A stretch of 32,000 bases of DNA, from assembly GCA_030429145.1 (NCBI GenBank), contig JAUIDC010000001.1:690001-722000 (forward strand), read 5' to 3'. Below, one piece after another: positions 29,844-32,000 of this stretch. Each line of letters starts with the position of its first letter. Position 1 is the stretch's first letter. The notes under the pieces are model-generated. The model did not search any database, was not told the DNA's origin, and was given only the letters and a program-made list of their open reading frames with translations. A program made the position numbers and the translations under genes. Source of the DNA: Candidatus Saccharimonadota bacterium (GTDB lineage Bacteria; Patescibacteriota; Gracilibacteria; Absconditabacterales; Absconditicoccaceae).

Positions 29844-30638
29844 ATGTATCCGTTTTTAACCCTCTGGGGTGTGAAGGTATATATGACATGACTTGGTATA
29901 GTAGTAGGACTCTTTACTTTTTTAGTAGTAGCGTGGTTTCTCTGCAAGAAGTATAAGCTAGATTTCTGGAAACTATTTTATTGGTTCCCAACGCTACTTA
30001 TCATCACTTATCTCTTGGGATCGTACTCATATTTACTGATAGAAAGAGGTATCCGATTCCCTCTCAACAGCCTTACAAATCTCAAGGCGTGGCTTTCTCC
30101 TTATGGATACAAATTCCATTTTGTTGGTATACTTTTGGGTATTGTGTGGTCTCTTCGTAGATTTTTTAAGAAGATTGTAATCGGTTCAGAGAAGCGTAAA
30201 TGGATAGATCTTTTCTTCTTTGCTACAAGTACAGCATTGATCCCTATGGGTCTGTTCTTCGTGCTCGGTGACAATATTATCGGTAGGCCAGCTCCTTTCT
30301 CAGGTATAGGTGTGAGTGATCTGACTCCAGGTTGAGTGAGCGAGCTCAGTAAATATGGGAAGGTATTTCCGGTCTGAATCTTTTTGTCGCTTATCAGTAT
30401 GTTGGCATTTGGCCTGACGTTTGTCGGTAAAGCTATAACGAAAAAAGAGGGCTGGTGATTTATAGGCTTTGGTGTATTGCTCCTTCTCATCAATGTTGTG
30501 TTTAACTATCAACAGTATACAAGACACGGTGTTGTATCAGTTTTGGGCGGAACGCTGGATATTAAAAACATCTTGGCAATAGTAGTGTGAATTATTTGTT
30601 TGATAGTTGGTATGCGTATTATTAAGAGAAAAAGATAG
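29844..30638 (+). CDS. Polytopic membrane protein, distantly Lgt-like (prolipoprotein diacylglyceryl transferase family?)
   Basis: Hand-translated in frame 0 with 5 sense TGAs. Several hydrophobic helices. There is loose positional resemblance to Lgt blocks: LWGVKVY..G.G (vs HWYG), YGYKFHFVGILLG (vs GG.SFHGG..G), LGDNIIGRPAP (vs GR.GNF.NGE) and KVFPVGIF (vs RHP.QLYE). Canonical residues are not conserved. Confidence 0.4.
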
Positions 30639-30640
30639 TC

Positions 30641-32000
30641 ATGAAGCTGTTTTTTACGAGAGATGATAGCTTTTATAAGATATGTAAAACGATAGAGAAA
30701 CTCCCTAAAAATAAAAAAGTTTCTCTTTTTATGGAACCTCAAAATAGCTTCTTTCGTAATCCATGGCGATGAAAACAGGTAAAAAACATACTAGAAGAGA
30801 GAAATATTAGCTATGTATTTATATGTAAAAGTGAGAGAACAAGGCGCTACTGTGAAGAGGCAAAGCTTGCTTACAGTTATGATCAGCCAAATCATTTCCT
30901 CAGGGGGCTGAAGCTTGTCTATATGTTTTTTTTCCAAGCACAAAAATTCCATCTTTCTCTTTTCAATAAAAAAACAACCTTATCATATCTCTTTTTCATA
31001 GGGGAGATACTTATCATCGGACTGATTGCTTACCTTCTGTATCAATTTATCCTACCGAGTGCTACTATCTATGTGAAACCTTCGTATACGGTAGAGGATA
31101 TTGTCTACAATTTCCGTTATTATCCGTCGCGAAACCCAGAAGAGATCAAGGAGAGAGGCTTTATTAGTATCCCATACTATACGGGAAGTATGGACTATAC
31201 GTATATTCTCAAAACAAATACACAAAATATTAGCTTCATGCAAACTCCTGCGAGATGAACAGTAAGAGTACTCAATACTATGTACCAGTCATTTTCTTTG
31301 TTGCCTGATACCAAGTTAGTTACAGAAGATGGTATGCTCTTTACTATGCCAGAGTCCATCACTATCCCTGCTGCAACGAGATCTGGTCCTGGTGAGGTGA
31401 CAGCCACAGTGATCGCTATGGATAAGGATGAGGTAAATAGTATCATTGGAGAGAGGGGGAATATCCCAGTTGGGACGCAGCTGCTGATAAGAAATCTTCC
31501 TCAGAGTTACAACAATCAGCTCTTATATGCGGTTGCCTCGAGTGATTTCACAGGCTGAGAGACAAGGCAAAAATGAGCTATAACTCAAGCAGATCTTGAG
31601 AACATCAGGCAACGTATGTGAAACTATGTTCGTGCGAATAAGAAACAAATAGTGCTAGAGGAGTTTGCTAAGTGAGAAGATAAATACCCACTCATGTTTC
31701 AAAATCTCATTGATGTACAGGTAAATGATGTTACTTTTGATGCACAGGTTGGTGATGAACAAACTGACGTAGAAGGAAGGATCGATATAACTTATATTGT
31801 GAGATATTTTACCCGGGATAATTTAAAAGAAGCACTCAACGAGTATCTGGGTCAGCGTCCCTCACAAACATTGGATATCATTAGTATGCAGAAGAGTAGT
31901 CTGACCTTTTTCCCGGACACAAGCACGCTTGTCACAGGAGATACAGTGATCGTGATGCCAACGAAGATGAGTGTAATCTGGTGATATGACTTCAATAAAG
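30641..32000 (+). CDS. Membrane-anchored protein with baseplate J/gp47-like region; 3' end runs off the window
   Basis: Track ORFs 30923-31258, 31280-31558 and 31694-31984 and the upstream stretch from ATG 30641 are all in frame 2. They are joined by TGAs at 30770, 31256, 31556, 31574, 31619, 31673 and 31982. The TM helix is LSYLFFIGEILIIGLIAYLLYQFIL. The segment G-TVRVLN...LLPDTKLVTEDGMLFTMPESITIPAATRSGPGEVTATVIAMDKDEVNSIIGERGNIPVGTQLLI resembles the Baseplate_J pattern from memory only. Confidence 0.4.

Noticed and set aside
1-32000. Genetic code 4 (TGA = Trp, Mycoplasma/Spiroplasma type).
   Set aside because: TGA occupies invariant Gly positions (GxGKT P-loops, LPGVG, KH GxxG). It alternates with GGN in paralogous repeat columns, and conserved Trp positions are written TGG.

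Overview
AT-rich, gene-dense bacterial window that only makes sense under genetic code 25 (TGA = Gly). This code is characteristic of the candidate phyla Gracilibacteria (BD1-5) and Absconditabacteria (SR1). Almost every gene in the supplied standard-code ORF track is cut at in-frame TGA codons. These TGAs fall on invariant glycines, including P-loops, KH GxxG, HhH LPGVG and CysRS/LepA/DTD core motifs, while TGG still encodes Trp. I re-stitched the ORFs by hand; each stitched gene ends in TAA or TAG. Gene order: SLH-type surface protein (-), hrcA, acidic hypothetical, Nudix, UPF0173 MBL hydrolase, small membrane protein, cysS, type IV pilin-like, beta-CASP/MBL nuclease (-), a 4.3-kb SF2 helicase-repeat protein, lepA, PLD/HKD protein, metG, dtd, an unassigned 300-nt interval, stand-alone 5'-3' exonuclease (-), tsaE, nth, PAP2 phosphatase, two hypotheticals (-), tRNA-Arg(CCU), rpsO, rpsA, bdbC-like, tagA-like, a ~690-aa membrane protein, rny, an Lgt-like membrane protein, and a baseplate-J-like membrane protein running off the right edge. 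The most unusual locus is 9032-13348. It is one uninterrupted code-25 ORF (about 39 sense TGAs by hand count). It encodes a ResIII-type SF2 helicase core, an acidic linker and about 11.5 tandem copies of a 73-81-aa module I cannot assign to any family. Most of it shows as an ORF desert in the standard-code track. No CRISPR array, IS element or rRNA gene was seen. All calls come from reading the sequence by eye; no database search was run.
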